Assembly: GCA_035327825.1 (NCBI GenBank)
Contig: DAOLCO010000004.1
Coordinates: forward strand, 5,950-69,949
Origin: Oligoflexia bacterium
Lineage (GTDB): Bacteria > Bdellovibrionota_C > UBA2361 > SZUA-149 > DAOLCO01
Direction: 5' to 3'
Length of the DNA stretch: 64,000 nucleotides
Shown: positions 9,896 to 19,698 of the stretch, one piece after another
How the letters are laid out: every line of letters starts with the position of its first letter
How positions within the stretch are numbered: the stretch's first letter is position 1
The notes under the pieces: generated by a model
The model's input: only the letters and a program-made list of their open reading frames with translations
The model's database searches: none
Told to the model about the DNA's origin: nothing
Translations under genes and position numbers: made by a program

Positions 9896-10900
9896 TTGGA
9901 GATGCTTTCCAGTGTTAAGTCAATTCTTGCAGATGCTACAACAGCCATACTTGAATCCAGTTCAAGTTCTCAAATTGAAGAAATAAAAGTTCATTTTCTC
10001 GGAAAAAAGGGAGTTCTTACTGGAATTCTTAAGGGTCTTTCAAATTTATCTGCCGAGGAGAGGAGAGAGCTTGGAGAGGCTGTAAATATTGCCAAAAACT
10101 CTATTAATGATCAACTTACCAAAAGACTTGAGGAAGTTGCAAGGCTGGAAGAAGAAGTAGCACTTAAAAGTGAAGCTATTGATGTCACTCTTCCTGTTAA
10201 AATGCCTGTCATGACTGATACCTGTGGCGCAATTCATCCACTTAGTCAGGTACAGAAGGAACTAGAGGATATTTTTATCAGCCTTGGTTTTGATGTTGTT
10301 GATGGACCTGAGGTTGAGAGTGAATTTTACAATTTTGAGGCACTTAATGTCCCGGGCTGGCATCCAGCAAGAGATATGCAGGATACTATCTGGACTACTT
10401 TGCCCGGATTACTCCTTCGCACCCAGACTTCACCGATACAGGTTCGTTCTCTAAAAGAGAGAAAAGCCCCAATAAGAATTGTAGCCCCAGGTAGAGTGTT
10501 CAGATATGAGCGTGTAGATGCAACCCACGGCCATACTTTCTACCAAATGGAAGGTATGATGATAGATCGGGAAGTTTCTGTGGGACATCTTGTATATTTC
10601 ATGAAAACCCTTCTCAGAAAGATTTTTGGATTTGAGCCCCGTATTCGTTTAAGACCAGGATACTTCCCTTTCGTTGAGCCTGGTTTTGAGCTTGATATAT
10701 GGTTTCAGGAAAGGTGGATGGAGCTTCTTCCGTGTGGTCTGGTTCACCCTCAAGTATTAAGGTACGGTGGAGTAGATCCTGATGAATGGCAGGGGTTTGC
10801 CTTTGGTCTGGGGCTAAGCAGGCTGGTTATGAGCAGGTTTCAGATTGATGATATTCGCTATTTACTAGGATCTGATTTCCGTTTTTTAAACCAGTTTTAA
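9896..10900 (+). CDS. pheS: phenylalanyl-tRNA synthetase alpha subunit
   Basis: FRYERVDATHGHTFYQMEGMMID class II motif, with pheT immediately downstream. Start ambiguous: TTG 9896 or ATG 9902. Confidence 0.92.
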   Translation: MEMLSSVKSILADATTAILESSSSSQIEEIKVHFLGKKGVLTGILKGLSNLSAEERRELGEAVNIAKNSINDQLTKRLEEVARLEEEVALKSEAIDVTLPVKMPVMTDTCGAIHPLSQVQKELEDIFISLGFDVVDGPEVESEFYNFEALNVPGWHPARDMQDTIWTTLPGLLLRTQTSPIQVRSLKERKAPIRIVAPGRVFRYERVDATHGHTFYQMEGMMIDREVSVGHLVYFMKTLLRKIFGFEPRIRLRPGYFPFVEPGFELDIWFQERWMELLPCGLVHPQVLRYGGVDPDEWQGFAFGLGLSRLVMSRFQIDDIRYLLGSDFRFLNQF

Positions 10901-10926
10901 TTTAAACCATGGATTATAATTTTTAA

Positions 10927-13578
10927 ATGAAGATTTCCCGTGAATGGTTACTGGAATTTGTTGATTTTTCTGATTTATCCGGAGAGGATTTTTCCGAACT
11001 TATTACAACTCGAGTTGCCGAAGTTGAAGAATGTTACAAAGTTGGTACTCCAATTGAATCTGCTGAAGTAGCAGAAATCCTGGAGTTTTCTCCTCATCCT
11101 GAGCGTAATAAATTATCTGTAGTAAGACTTGCTACTCTGGCTGGTGTGCAGACTCTTGTATGTGGGGCAAATAATCTTAAAAATGGAGCTCAGGTTTTGT
11201 ATGCTCCCCCTGGTTCATCCGTAAGAAAACCTGGTCGTCCAGCAGAAGAAGAAGAGCTTGTTACAGTAGAAGCAAGAGAGTTTGCCGGAATAATGAGTGT
11301 GGGCATGATTCTTTCCGAGTCTGAGCTTGGAATAAGTCCTGATCATGAGGGGATTTTACTACTTAATGAGTTAACTGAAAGTTCTTCCTCGTCGAGTTTT
11401 AATTCTGAAAACAAATTCAAAATCGGAGATAAAGCCGCATCAATATTTCCAGGTCCGGATTTAATAATAGACATTGATAACAAGTCGCTAACTCATCGTC
11501 CAGACCTTTGGAGTCACTTTGGCTTTGCTAGAGAAATTTCAGCTATTCTTAAGCGTCCGCTGAAAAAGCCGATGGATTTGTTCTCTGATGGAACATATTT
11601 TAACTATTACGATAAATCTAAAGTTGATACTGAAGAATTTAATTCTCTTATCGGAAAAGAAAAGCCAATCAGCCCATTTAGTGTAAGAATCGGAAGTGAA
11701 TCTGGATCAAAGCGTTTAAGTTTTTTTTATATTGGAGGGTTATCTAATAGAACTTCACCATTATGGATAAGACGACGACTGTTTATGATAAATGCAGGGA
11801 TAAGAAATTTACTTGTAGATTGTAGTAATTATGTACTTCATGAAACAGGACAACCAAATCATGCATATGATCCTTCAAAACTTTCAGGTAAAACTCTTGA
11901 GGTAAGAAAAGCTGTTCAAGGTGAAAAATTCACCGGTCTTGATCTTGTTGATAGAATCCTTGATAGCAGAGATATTGTTATAGCAGATGATGAAAAAGCT
12001 CTTGCGCTAGCAGGTATTCTTGGTGGTAATTCCTGTTCTGTAAGCGATGATACAAGGGAAATTCTACTTGAAAGTGGTCACTTTGATCCTGTATTTGTCA
12101 GACAGACAGCAAAGCGACATCAAGTCAGGACGGACTCTTCAAATCGATTTGAAAAAAGTATTTCACCTTTTCAAATTCCTTTAGCTCCAATAAGATTTAT
12201 TGATATTTTAAAACGGGCGGGAGAGAATCCCGAATTGCCTTATGCATGGAGCGACAACTTTCCCTTAAAGCCGGCTCCAGTCATGGTTCAGTGCAGGCCA
12301 GAATATATAAGAAGCAGATTGGGTGGAGTTCCTGAGACTGATAAGGAGATTTCCGATATCTTGTCAAGACTGGGTTTCGGCGTTGATAACAATACAGAAA
12401 CCTTATCTAATTCTTATGAAAGTTCCACCAGATTAACCGTTCCTTATTACAGAGCTACCAGTGATGTTACAATCGAAGATGATCTGGTTGAAGAGGTTGG
12501 AAGGATAATAGGATTTGATCGTGTTCCTGAGAAGGCCCCACTTATTGAGGCTATAGGAAGTGCAAGAACGCTAACTGGTAATGCCGAAGTAACTTTAAGA
12601 GAAAGTCTTTCTGCTCAAGGTCTGGTTGAGTTATCTAATGACAGTTTTTGCTCTATTAGCGAAGCTCAGGAGTTGGGTTACTGTGTAGATGATGCAATTC
12701 GTCTTTTAAACCCAGTTGATCAAAACTCAGATGCTGTCCAGACAACACTTGTCCCAGGTCTTCTTTCTGTAGCCAGATCAAATTCTCGTCATTTTGCGAA
12801 ATGCTCTGGTTTCGAGATTGGCAGGAGTTATCATTTATCCGGTTCTTGTGATGACTCAAAAATATTATCAGGGGATTCCTCCATAACTGATACCAATGTG
12901 ATGGAAAGGCGCCTTCTTGGATTATTCACTATGGGTGATATTCAAGAGCGCTCATGGGGAGAGCCAGAAGTATCTAGTGGTATTTTATTTTACAGCCTTT
13001 CTACCGTGATAAGAAGAATAGCTCGTGTTTTAGGTGGTGGCGAATTTGAGCTTGTTCCTTTAAAAGAGGAAATAAACAGGAGCAAGTCCCAGGATTTTAC
13101 ATCTCTCAAGAGCTGGATGCATCCGTTTAGGTCAGCCTCTATCAAAATTGGAAACCTAAATGTTGGAGTGATTGCTGAGGTAAGGCCAAGTGTGATTAAT
13201 ATAAGGCAGTCCAGGGTTGTTATTGCTGAAATTGATATTGAAGCATTAATGGCGACTCGAGTTAATTCTCAAGCGACATTTCTCCCTATATCACGCTATC
13301 CTGAGAGTTTTTTTGAGATATCAATTGTAATGCCTCTTGAGGAAAGGTTTTCAAGAATTAAATCAACTTTTTATGCAAATCTTGGTGAACCCTGTTTAAG
13401 ATCTATTTTGCCAGTAGCAGTTTATCAAGGTGCTCCACTTCATGAATCTGAAAAGAGCTTATCAATTCGATTTGTATATAGTAAGGAAAGTGGTACTGTT
13501 ACAACTGAGGAACTTGAGTCTTTTCGCTCATCTGTCCTTAATGTCGTACAAAAATCAAAATACAGATTAAGAAGTTAA
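10927..13578 (+). CDS. pheT: phenylalanyl-tRNA synthetase beta subunit
   Basis: Typical PheT N-terminus MKISREWLLEFVDF, ~880 aa, follows pheS. Confidence 0.92.
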   Translation: MKISREWLLEFVDFSDLSGEDFSELITTRVAEVEECYKVGTPIESAEVAEILEFSPHPERNKLSVVRLATLAGVQTLVCGANNLKNGAQVLYAPPGSSVRKPGRPAEEEELVTVEAREFAGIMSVGMILSESELGISPDHEGILLLNELTESSSSSSFNSENKFKIGDKAASIFPGPDLIIDIDNKSLTHRPDLWSHFGFAREISAILKRPLKKPMDLFSDGTYFNYYDKSKVDTEEFNSLIGKEKPISPFSVRIGSESGSKRLSFFYIGGLSNRTSPLWIRRRLFMINAGIRNLLVDCSNYVLHETGQPNHAYDPSKLSGKTLEVRKAVQGEKFTGLDLVDRILDSRDIVIADDEKALALAGILGGNSCSVSDDTREILLESGHFDPVFVRQTAKRHQVRTDSSNRFEKSISPFQIPLAPIRFIDILKRAGENPELPYAWSDNFPLKPAPVMVQCRPEYIRSRLGGVPETDKEISDILSRLGFGVDNNTETLSNSYESSTRLTVPYYRATSDVTIEDDLVEEVGRIIGFDRVPEKAPLIEAIGSARTLTGNAEVTLRESLSAQGLVELSNDSFCSISEAQELGYCVDDAIRLLNPVDQNSDAVQTTLVPGLLSVARSNSRHFAKCSGFEIGRSYHLSGSCDDSKILSGDSSITDTNVMERRLLGLFTMGDIQERSWGEPEVSSGILFYSLSTVIRRIARVLGGGEFELVPLKEEINRSKSQDFTSLKSWMHPFRSASIKIGNLNVGVIAEVRPSVINIRQSRVVIAEIDIEALMATRVNSQATFLPISRYPESFFEISIVMPLEERFSRIKSTFYANLGEPCLRSILPVAVYQGAPLHESEKSLSIRFVYSKESGTVTTEELESFRSSVLNVVQKSKYRLRS

Positions 13579-13592
13579 ATTTCTGCTCCTAT

Positions 13593-14096
13593 ATGCCTCA
13601 AACAAAAGAGAGAATTGATTCTGAGCAAAATCTGGAGGGTTTAGTTTGTAGGTCAATTACCCCTGATCTTGTCGACTACATATATAATCTTGAACAAAGA
13701 GTATACCCTAATGGCTGGTCCCGCGCATTGATAGAGTCTGAGTTTGATAAAGTAATTTCTTTAAGGCTTGGTCTATTTAACAGATATCAGTTGTTACTCG
13801 GTTATTCATTCAGTTATCTGATTGAAGATGAGTTACATTTATTGAATATTGCTCTGGATCCTGAATATCAGGGGCAGGGGCTTGGTACATATCTGTTATC
13901 TGAAATTATTTCTAAAGCTTCAGTTATGGGTGCCAGGGTTTCATATCTTGAAGTGAGAAGGTCAAACCAAAGGGCAATATCGCTCTATCGGAAGTTTGGT
14001 TATGTTGAAACGGCATATCGGAAAGCCTACTATCAGGATAATCATGAGGATGCCATTTTAATGGAAGCCGATATAGGTAGGGCATCTATTATCTAG
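13593..14096 (+). CDS. rimI: GNAT N-acetyltransferase, RimI-like
   Basis: LNIALDPEYQGQGLGTYLL ... LEVRRSNQRAISLYRKFGY ... HEDAILM aligns with E. coli RimI motifs. Confidence 0.7.
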   Translation: MPQTKERIDSEQNLEGLVCRSITPDLVDYIYNLEQRVYPNGWSRALIESEFDKVISLRLGLFNRYQLLLGYSFSYLIEDELHLLNIALDPEYQGQGLGTYLLSEIISKASVMGARVSYLEVRRSNQRAISLYRKFGYVETAYRKAYYQDNHEDAILMEADIGRASII

Positions 14097-14174
14097 TAAA
14101 TATCTATGGATTGACCATTTTGCTATTTTAATATATACTCCCCGGCATTATTACTAATTCCTGGGGCTGATATA

Positions 14175-15761
14175 ATGGGCAAAGTTAAAAAACAAGCTTC
14201 TTCACCTAAGTCGCCAAAATCACAGGCTAAAGCATTAAAGCCACAAAAAAAGGGTTCTAAAGCTTCTAAGGGTTTAAAATTAAAAAATAAAAAGCCTGAA
14301 AAATCTGTTTCCTCAAGAACAAGTGCTAAAAAGAAAGCTGTTTCTAAAAGTAATAATTCCAAAAAGGGTATTTCCAGCAAAAAGACCAAGGTTGCAGTAT
14401 CTTCCAGCCTAAAAAAGGGGGAGAAACAAAAGTCTGCCGTGAAGTCTACAGTTAAGCCTGCTAGTAATCCTGCTGGGAAGTCTAAAGTAAAATCTGCATT
14501 TGCCTCTGTTGGGAATTATAAGGATAAAAAGATTAATGCCAAGAAAGATCTTAAATCCCAATCATCAAAGTCTACCAAATCTCTCTCGACAGCTTCAAGT
14601 GTAAAGAGTTCAGTTAAATCTGAAAATTCAAAATCAAATAAATCTTCTATTAAAAAGACTGGTAGCCTTGGTGTAAGTAGTGTAGACTTCAGCACCTTCA
14701 AAGGAAGGGGTTCATCCACTCGTAAAGAAGCAGTTGGTGGACAGTTAACCGTTTCGGGAAATAAAGATAATATTATGCCTTTAAAGTCATCTGCTGATAA
14801 CAAATCTGATTCTTCAGAGGTAAATAACAAGCCTTTACTTTTATCAGCTAATGATGGGGCTCCTGCTGATGAGCCGATAAAGAGAAAACGGGGCAGACCT
14901 AGAAAGACCGATTCCTCTGGATCATCTGCTAATAAACTACAGGAAACAAAAGGAGTTCGGCGATTTGGTATGAACTATGGTAGGCCTGGTGTTGCCGCAG
15001 GCAGATACTCCTGGAGTGCAGAAACAGGAACTTCCCTTGTAGACAAACCAGCCAGTGAGAATAATTCATTACGCGGCAGTTCAAAATCGGAAATATCTTC
15101 TGATAACATTTATTCTTCAAACGGACGCTTTGAAACAAATGGCAAGTCTGCAACTGGTACTATTAATGGTCATTCAAGCAGAAGCAGAAAGGGCCTTAGC
15201 TCACAAATCACTGTTAGTAATAATTATAGTGATGAGGGTCTTGCAAATGGAGATTCTTCCGACGAAATCCCGATGATTGAGTTTATACAAGGCGATAAGG
15301 TGGTGTATCCGGCACATGGGTTGGGTAAAATAGATGCCGTACAGGTTCGAAATGTTGGTGGTACCCAGCAAAAATTTTATATGATTGTTATTGTTGAAAC
15401 TGGTATGAAGATAATGGTACCAGTAAGTCAGGCAAGAACAGTTGGTCTTAGGCGAGTTGTTGACACTGGTACTGTTGACAAAGTCTATGATATTCTTCGT
15501 GACAAGAATGTGGCCATAGACAATCAGACCTGGAATAGGAGATACAGGGAATATTCCCAGAAAATCAAAACAGGTTCGGTACTTGAAATTGCATCTGTTA
15601 TCAGGGATTTAACAGTACTAAAGATAGAGAAAGAACTTTCCTTTAATGAAAGACGTATGCTTGATACTGCTCAGGGTCTTTTAGTGAAAGAGCTTTCAAT
15701 AGCTAAATCAAGCTCTGAGGACAGCATAAAGGAAGAACTTGAGTTAATCTGTCAGCCTTGA
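14175..15761 (+). CDS. CarD/CdnL-family RNA-polymerase-interacting regulator with N-terminal histone-H1-like K/S-rich tail and an AT-hook
   Basis: C-terminal ~170 aa carries the CarD_CdnL_TRCF signature (FIQGDKVVYPAHGLGKIDAV...). N-terminal ~350 aa is K/S/A-rich low complexity with KRKRGRPRKT at ~14877-14906. Confidence 0.75.
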   Translation: MGKVKKQASSPKSPKSQAKALKPQKKGSKASKGLKLKNKKPEKSVSSRTSAKKKAVSKSNNSKKGISSKKTKVAVSSSLKKGEKQKSAVKSTVKPASNPAGKSKVKSAFASVGNYKDKKINAKKDLKSQSSKSTKSLSTASSVKSSVKSENSKSNKSSIKKTGSLGVSSVDFSTFKGRGSSTRKEAVGGQLTVSGNKDNIMPLKSSADNKSDSSEVNNKPLLLSANDGAPADEPIKRKRGRPRKTDSSGSSANKLQETKGVRRFGMNYGRPGVAAGRYSWSAETGTSLVDKPASENNSLRGSSKSEISSDNIYSSNGRFETNGKSATGTINGHSSRSRKGLSSQITVSNNYSDEGLANGDSSDEIPMIEFIQGDKVVYPAHGLGKIDAVQVRNVGGTQQKFYMIVIVETGMKIMVPVSQARTVGLRRVVDTGTVDKVYDILRDKNVAIDNQTWNRRYREYSQKIKTGSVLEIASVIRDLTVLKIEKELSFNERRMLDTAQGLLVKELSIAKSSSEDSIKEELELICQP

Positions 15762-15824
15762 TTTATTTCTAAAAGAGTTTTCTCTCTTTACGGAATCTTT
15801 AGTTAATCAGATCATGGTAGATAA

Positions 15825-16628
15825 ATGAGTGTTTGTATTTATCCCCAAAATATATGGGCTATTGTGCCTGCTGCTGGATCAAGCAGCAGAATGGGGTGTA
15901 CTCTAGAAGCTGAATCTGAAAAAGTATCAAGCAAGGTACTTATTCCTCTGGAATCATCATGGACAGTGCTTCATGAATCTCTTAAACAGTTATGGCTTTC
16001 TGGAGTCAGGGTTCTTGTAATCCCGACTAAGGTAGAGTTAATAGAAGAGATAAATAAAATTGCAATTGAAACAGGGGACTGGAATTATCTTAAGGTATGT
16101 CAAGGCGGGGAGACGAGAACGGATTCTGTATTAAACGCAGTTAGCTATTTAAAAGATTTACGAGAAAACACAGTTTGTCTGGATAATAGAAATCAGGATG
16201 AACCAATTGTTATTATTCATGATGCAGCTCGGCCATTTTGTAGTGTTTCCTTAATTGAAAAGGCAATTAAAATTTCAAGAATAGAGAAGCATGGCGCAGT
16301 TATTGGAGTTCCTGTTATCTCAACGATAAAAGAAGTTAATGGTGAAGGATTTATAACAAATACACCATTAAGAGAAAAATTATGGGAAGCTCAAACACCA
16401 CAGGTCTTTCCGTTTGACAATTTTGTTTTTGCTTACGAATCTTTAAAAAACTCCGGACACATATTCTATGATGATTCTTCAGTATATGAATCTGCAGGGT
16501 TTACAGTTAAAATTGTAAGAGGAGAATATCAAAATTTGAAAGTTACAACTCCAATAGATATTGAAGTTGGAAGAATAATTTATAAAACAATAAGATTAAA
16601 AGGTGGAAAGGGTTCTAAACCTGAATAA
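15825..16628 (+). CDS. ispD: 2-C-methyl-D-erythritol 4-phosphate cytidylyltransferase
   Basis: AIVPAAGSSSRMG, GGETRTDSVL, HDAARPF, TPQVF and NLKVTTPID align with IspD motifs. It carries a ~25-aa insertion after the P-loop. Confidence 0.75.
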   Translation: MSVCIYPQNIWAIVPAAGSSSRMGCTLEAESEKVSSKVLIPLESSWTVLHESLKQLWLSGVRVLVIPTKVELIEEINKIAIETGDWNYLKVCQGGETRTDSVLNAVSYLKDLRENTVCLDNRNQDEPIVIIHDAARPFCSVSLIEKAIKISRIEKHGAVIGVPVISTIKEVNGEGFITNTPLREKLWEAQTPQVFPFDNFVFAYESLKNSGHIFYDDSSVYESAGFTVKIVRGEYQNLKVTTPIDIEVGRIIYKTIRLKGGKGSKPE

Positions 16629-16674
16629 TTAAAAACCCACTCCACCGATAATATGAATCAGGATCAGGGTTAAT

Positions 16675-17031
16675 TTAACCTTGATCCGGACTGTTTTCGT
16701 CGCTGGTATTTTCGCTCATATTCTGAGAATAAAGTTTGTTATACCGATCTTCTGAAAGAAATACATCAAAAGGAATAGCAGAGGCTGCCGCTCCAAAGTT
16801 ATTTTTGATTTCTTCCAGCTTTTTCTCAGACAAATTGCCTTTTCCGCGCCTTAGTTCGGACGCATAACAAGGAGAAATTCCAAACTCTTTTGCGATAAAG
16901 GCATCGAGAATACCTTCTTTGGTTGGCACTCTGTATCCGGGCTTCTTAAATCTGAAAATACCACGAAAACATAGCAGTCTTCGTTCTTTATGCAATTCAC
17001 TTGAAGGTGGAGCTCTCTTTTTCTTACTCAT
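16675..17031 (-). CDS. small basic hypothetical protein, possible HTH DNA-binding
   Basis: Likely start at MSKKKR; the ORF track extends to 17085. ILDAFIAKEFGISPCYASELRRGKG looks helix-turn-helix-like. No family recognised. Confidence 0.35.
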   Translation of the reverse strand: MSKKKRAPPSSELHKERRLLCFRGIFRFKKPGYRVPTKEGILDAFIAKEFGISPCYASELRRGKGNLSEKKLEEIKNNFGAAASAIPFDVFLSEDRYNKLYSQNMSENTSDENSPDQG

Positions 17032-17161
17032 TATAAAATACCTAAAAAAACCATGGAACTCTTTCCATCCATACTTTTCACTCAAAAAAAGTCAAAATTA
17101 TGTATTAAAAAGAAACAGGTGACATCCCTTTCACCTTTGAAAAACATTTAGACACAAATTC

Positions 17162-17887
17162 CTACATTTTGGAAAGTAATCTCTTTACATGACTAAGACG
17201 TAACTCGAGATTGGTCAGTTCCTGTCGTAGTATTGAGACTTTTTCGCTAATATCTGAAATATCAACTTCCTTAATCTCAGGTGCAGCAAGAACCACTTTT
17301 GCCAGTCCAGGCAGTTTTTCTTTCAGCTCATCTGGTAAAGGTATTGAGTCATTATGCGAACTTCCAAGTAACTGAAAGAAAATTGCCCAAAGCTCAATTA
17401 ATGAAAACTCGGCAGCTCCTGATAAAGAAAGATCAGAAAGCCAGAGATTTTCTCCTTCACTTCGAATAAATGCGTTCTTTCCAACAAGGATACCATCTGG
17501 TGACGTTTCAAATGGTGGATCAAAGATACTTTTTGATGGCGTAATTTCCTTAACAAACTCAGAATGAAGAAGAGTTCTTGCAGCTTGTATCAGGAATTTA
17601 TTTGTCATGTTCTGAAACGGAAGCCAGTATCCTGGAGCAAGCTCTCCTTGAAGACCCGGAATGTTACATGTTTTGAATGCATCAAATTCATGCCGAGCGG
17701 ATTGAAGCAAAAGAAAAAGCTCATTTGGATTTAGTCGCAGGGGATCATTCTCATCGTAAGCAAATTCAAGGTCTTCATAAGAGTCTCCTTGAATTATAGA
17801 TTCCACGATTTTGTATCCTGAACTTTTACTCTGAACAAGTGCAAGAGCCCGATCATCGTCTAAGTCGACAAATGAAATTGGAGTCAT
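17162..17887 (-). CDS. hypothetical protein (island gene E)
   Basis: Clean 241-aa ORF with no recognisable motifs. A hairpin (17951-17987) separates it from the upstream GHKL gene. Confidence 0.5.
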   Translation of the reverse strand: MTPISFVDLDDDRALALVQSKSSGYKIVESIIQGDSYEDLEFAYDENDPLRLNPNELFLLLQSARHEFDAFKTCNIPGLQGELAPGYWLPFQNMTNKFLIQAARTLLHSEFVKEITPSKSIFDPPFETSPDGILVGKNAFIRSEGENLWLSDLSLSGAAEFSLIELWAIFFQLLGSSHNDSIPLPDELKEKLPGLAKVVLAAPEIKEVDISDISEKVSILRQELTNLELRLSHVKRLLSKM

Positions 17888-17940
17888 TAAAAACCTCCTT
17901 TATAACCAAAATTAAGTAGATGTCACGAAATTTTAGTCCT

Positions 17941-17987
17941 TATATAAAAGGGCGAGATGCGGTTAATATCTAAAACCTCATCTCGCC
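17941..17987 (-). terminator. hairpin (GGCGAGATG / CATCTCGCC, 19-nt loop) followed by CUUUUAUAUA on the minus strand
   Basis: 9-bp perfect inverted repeat 75 bp downstream of the GHKL ATPase stop. The loop is large, so only moderate confidence as an intrinsic terminator. Confidence 0.4.
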
Positions 17988-18025
17988 GGGAAAATCTCCC
18001 AAGAACTAAGAATAGGGACGTGAGA

Positions 18026-19576
18026 CTATTGACCCTTCTTTTTCTTGTTCCTGTGCAAAGTAATCTGCCGTTGTGTCGGAAGCTTGATCCGCCCGTGAGT
18101 GAACCAAAGTAGCACCGAAGGATGCTCTATACAGTTTACAAGGATTGGGAGAGGAGGGAACTCGCCATCGTGGAGAGCTCCGTATCTGCTGATCTGGCTT
18201 AGTACCTCGATAGCGAGAAGAGCCTTTGCTAGTTCTCTCTTTTCATTGCTTCTTCCGCATTCTTCGAAGATAGTTTTCACTGGTCCATATGATTCATTAA
18301 TTGTAATCAATCGAGGATTAGCAACAATAGGATCATTCTCCTGACCGTCTCGCTGGAAAACAATCTTGGGCGGAGTCTTTGTTTTTCTTCCAGTACCAGG
18401 AGGATTTTTAGGGGGCTTTTTACCACCTTTACCTCCACCTTTTCCACCTCGATGTCCATCGTCTTCGTCGTCGTCACCCTCTTCGGAGGTTTTTTTTCGA
18501 CCACCGCCAAGGGTCAGTTCAAACTCGTCAATTAAATAATCGAGCAAGTCCTGATGAATGACGTCGTCAACATGCATTGCATTGTATGCATCCAGAAATT
18601 CATGAAGAGATTCAGGCAGATCTTCTGCAACGATCTCTGAAGCCACGGTATCATCGAAACCGGTTATCTTACTCCTGAATATATCGAATTTAAAGCCTTT
18701 AACAGCCTCAATAATGAGGATTACCTCAGACTGACCGCAGTAGATTCCCGCGGTGTTGACCTTGGCAATTCCACCTCTGTGACTATCCCACCACTCTACA
18801 CACTCTCCATCGGCAGCAAAGCTAAAAGGTGGTGCACTCCATGGACTTACGAGTTCACTTTGCCTTCGGCTTGCCTTTTGAGGACGAATCCCCCAATGAA
18901 GATTAAAAGCTGGACAGGTCGTAGTGCCTTTATAGGCTTTGGTCCCGTTGACCTCGCAAAGAGCTTTGAGAGAGCCAAGGGCACCTACGATCCGAATCTC
19001 TGAACTTCTATCAACGGCGGTAACAACAACCTCGCCAGGAATTGAGAGGTAACGTTGATTCAGAAACTCAATTATCTTCGTTATGCTAAAATTAGCACTC
19101 TTAAGGTGAACTGAAGTGCCTGAGCGCTTATCGAGGGAATCACGTGGAATTGAAACAAATTTTCCAACTCCGTGCTCCGTATCGGGAAGACCCTCAAAGT
19201 GCGTACCATCATCTGTAGCTTTCAGGATGATCTGATAAGCCTGATTATTTTCAGGCGACCTTTGGCAGTGGCTTGTGAATACTGCAGGACCACAAAGGGC
19301 ACTTGCAATCTTGGAGCCGATTCCCATTCTTTGGGCTGCTCCTCTTCCCAATTTACTGGAGCTAGATCCAAGTCCAGTCAGATAAAGGCGCATTTCCTTT
19401 GGAGTCATTCCTTTTCCATTGTCCCGAATCAGGATACCGCCAGATGGGTGTTCTTCAATCCGAACACATGTTGCACCACCGTCGATGGCATTTTGTACCA
19501 TCTCTCGGATTGCAATTAGCGGGTCAATGTCTTCGGGAAGAAGAAATGCCGCAGAAACCAGGTTAAGCTTAGCCAT
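18026..19576 (-). CDS. GHKL/Bergerat-fold ATPase (HATPase_c_3; MORC/Hsp90/MutL-like) with disordered G/K/D-rich linker
   Basis: N-terminal motifs EMVQNAIDGGAT (N-box), IRDNGKGMT (G1) and MGIGSKIAS (G2). C-terminal GGGRKKTSEEGDDDEDDGHRGGKGGGKGGKKPPKNPPGTGRKTK linker. Possibly GC-elevated: ~41-51% in four hand-counted 100-nt windows. Confidence 0.75.
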   Translation of the reverse strand: MAKLNLVSAAFLLPEDIDPLIAIREMVQNAIDGGATCVRIEEHPSGGILIRDNGKGMTPKEMRLYLTGLGSSSSKLGRGAAQRMGIGSKIASALCGPAVFTSHCQRSPENNQAYQIILKATDDGTHFEGLPDTEHGVGKFVSIPRDSLDKRSGTSVHLKSANFSITKIIEFLNQRYLSIPGEVVVTAVDRSSEIRIVGALGSLKALCEVNGTKAYKGTTTCPAFNLHWGIRPQKASRRQSELVSPWSAPPFSFAADGECVEWWDSHRGGIAKVNTAGIYCGQSEVILIIEAVKGFKFDIFRSKITGFDDTVASEIVAEDLPESLHEFLDAYNAMHVDDVIHQDLLDYLIDEFELTLGGGRKKTSEEGDDDEDDGHRGGKGGGKGGKKPPKNPPGTGRKTKTPPKIVFQRDGQENDPIVANPRLITINESYGPVKTIFEECGRSNEKRELAKALLAIEVLSQISRYGALHDGEFPPLPILVNCIEHPSVLLWFTHGRIKLPTQRQITLHRNKKKKGQ

Positions 19577-19589
19577 TTAAGGCCTCCAT

Positions 19590-19698
19590 ATTTAAAAACA
19601 GGAAAAAACGCTTTTTAACCGCAACTCGCGGACACTTGATTTTTAGCTGATGATTTATAGAAAAAAGGTAAACACCAAGTGTCCGCGCAAAAGTTGCG
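19590..19698 (-). terminator. imperfect inverted repeat plus U-run, then GGAGG RBS for the GHKL gene
   Basis: GCAACTCGCGGACACTTG (19621-19638) pairs with CAAGTGTCCGCG...AGTTGC (19676-19697). On the minus strand it is followed by GCGUUUUUUCCUGUUUUU, with GGAGG 9 nt upstream of ATG 19576. Confidence 0.35.

Noticed and set aside
14175-15000. Repetitive K/S-codon DNA that could superficially resemble a repeat array
   Set aside because: It is in-frame coding low complexity (a histone-H1-like tail) with no regular spacer/repeat periodicity. It is not CRISPR. No CRISPR-like array was found anywhere in the window.
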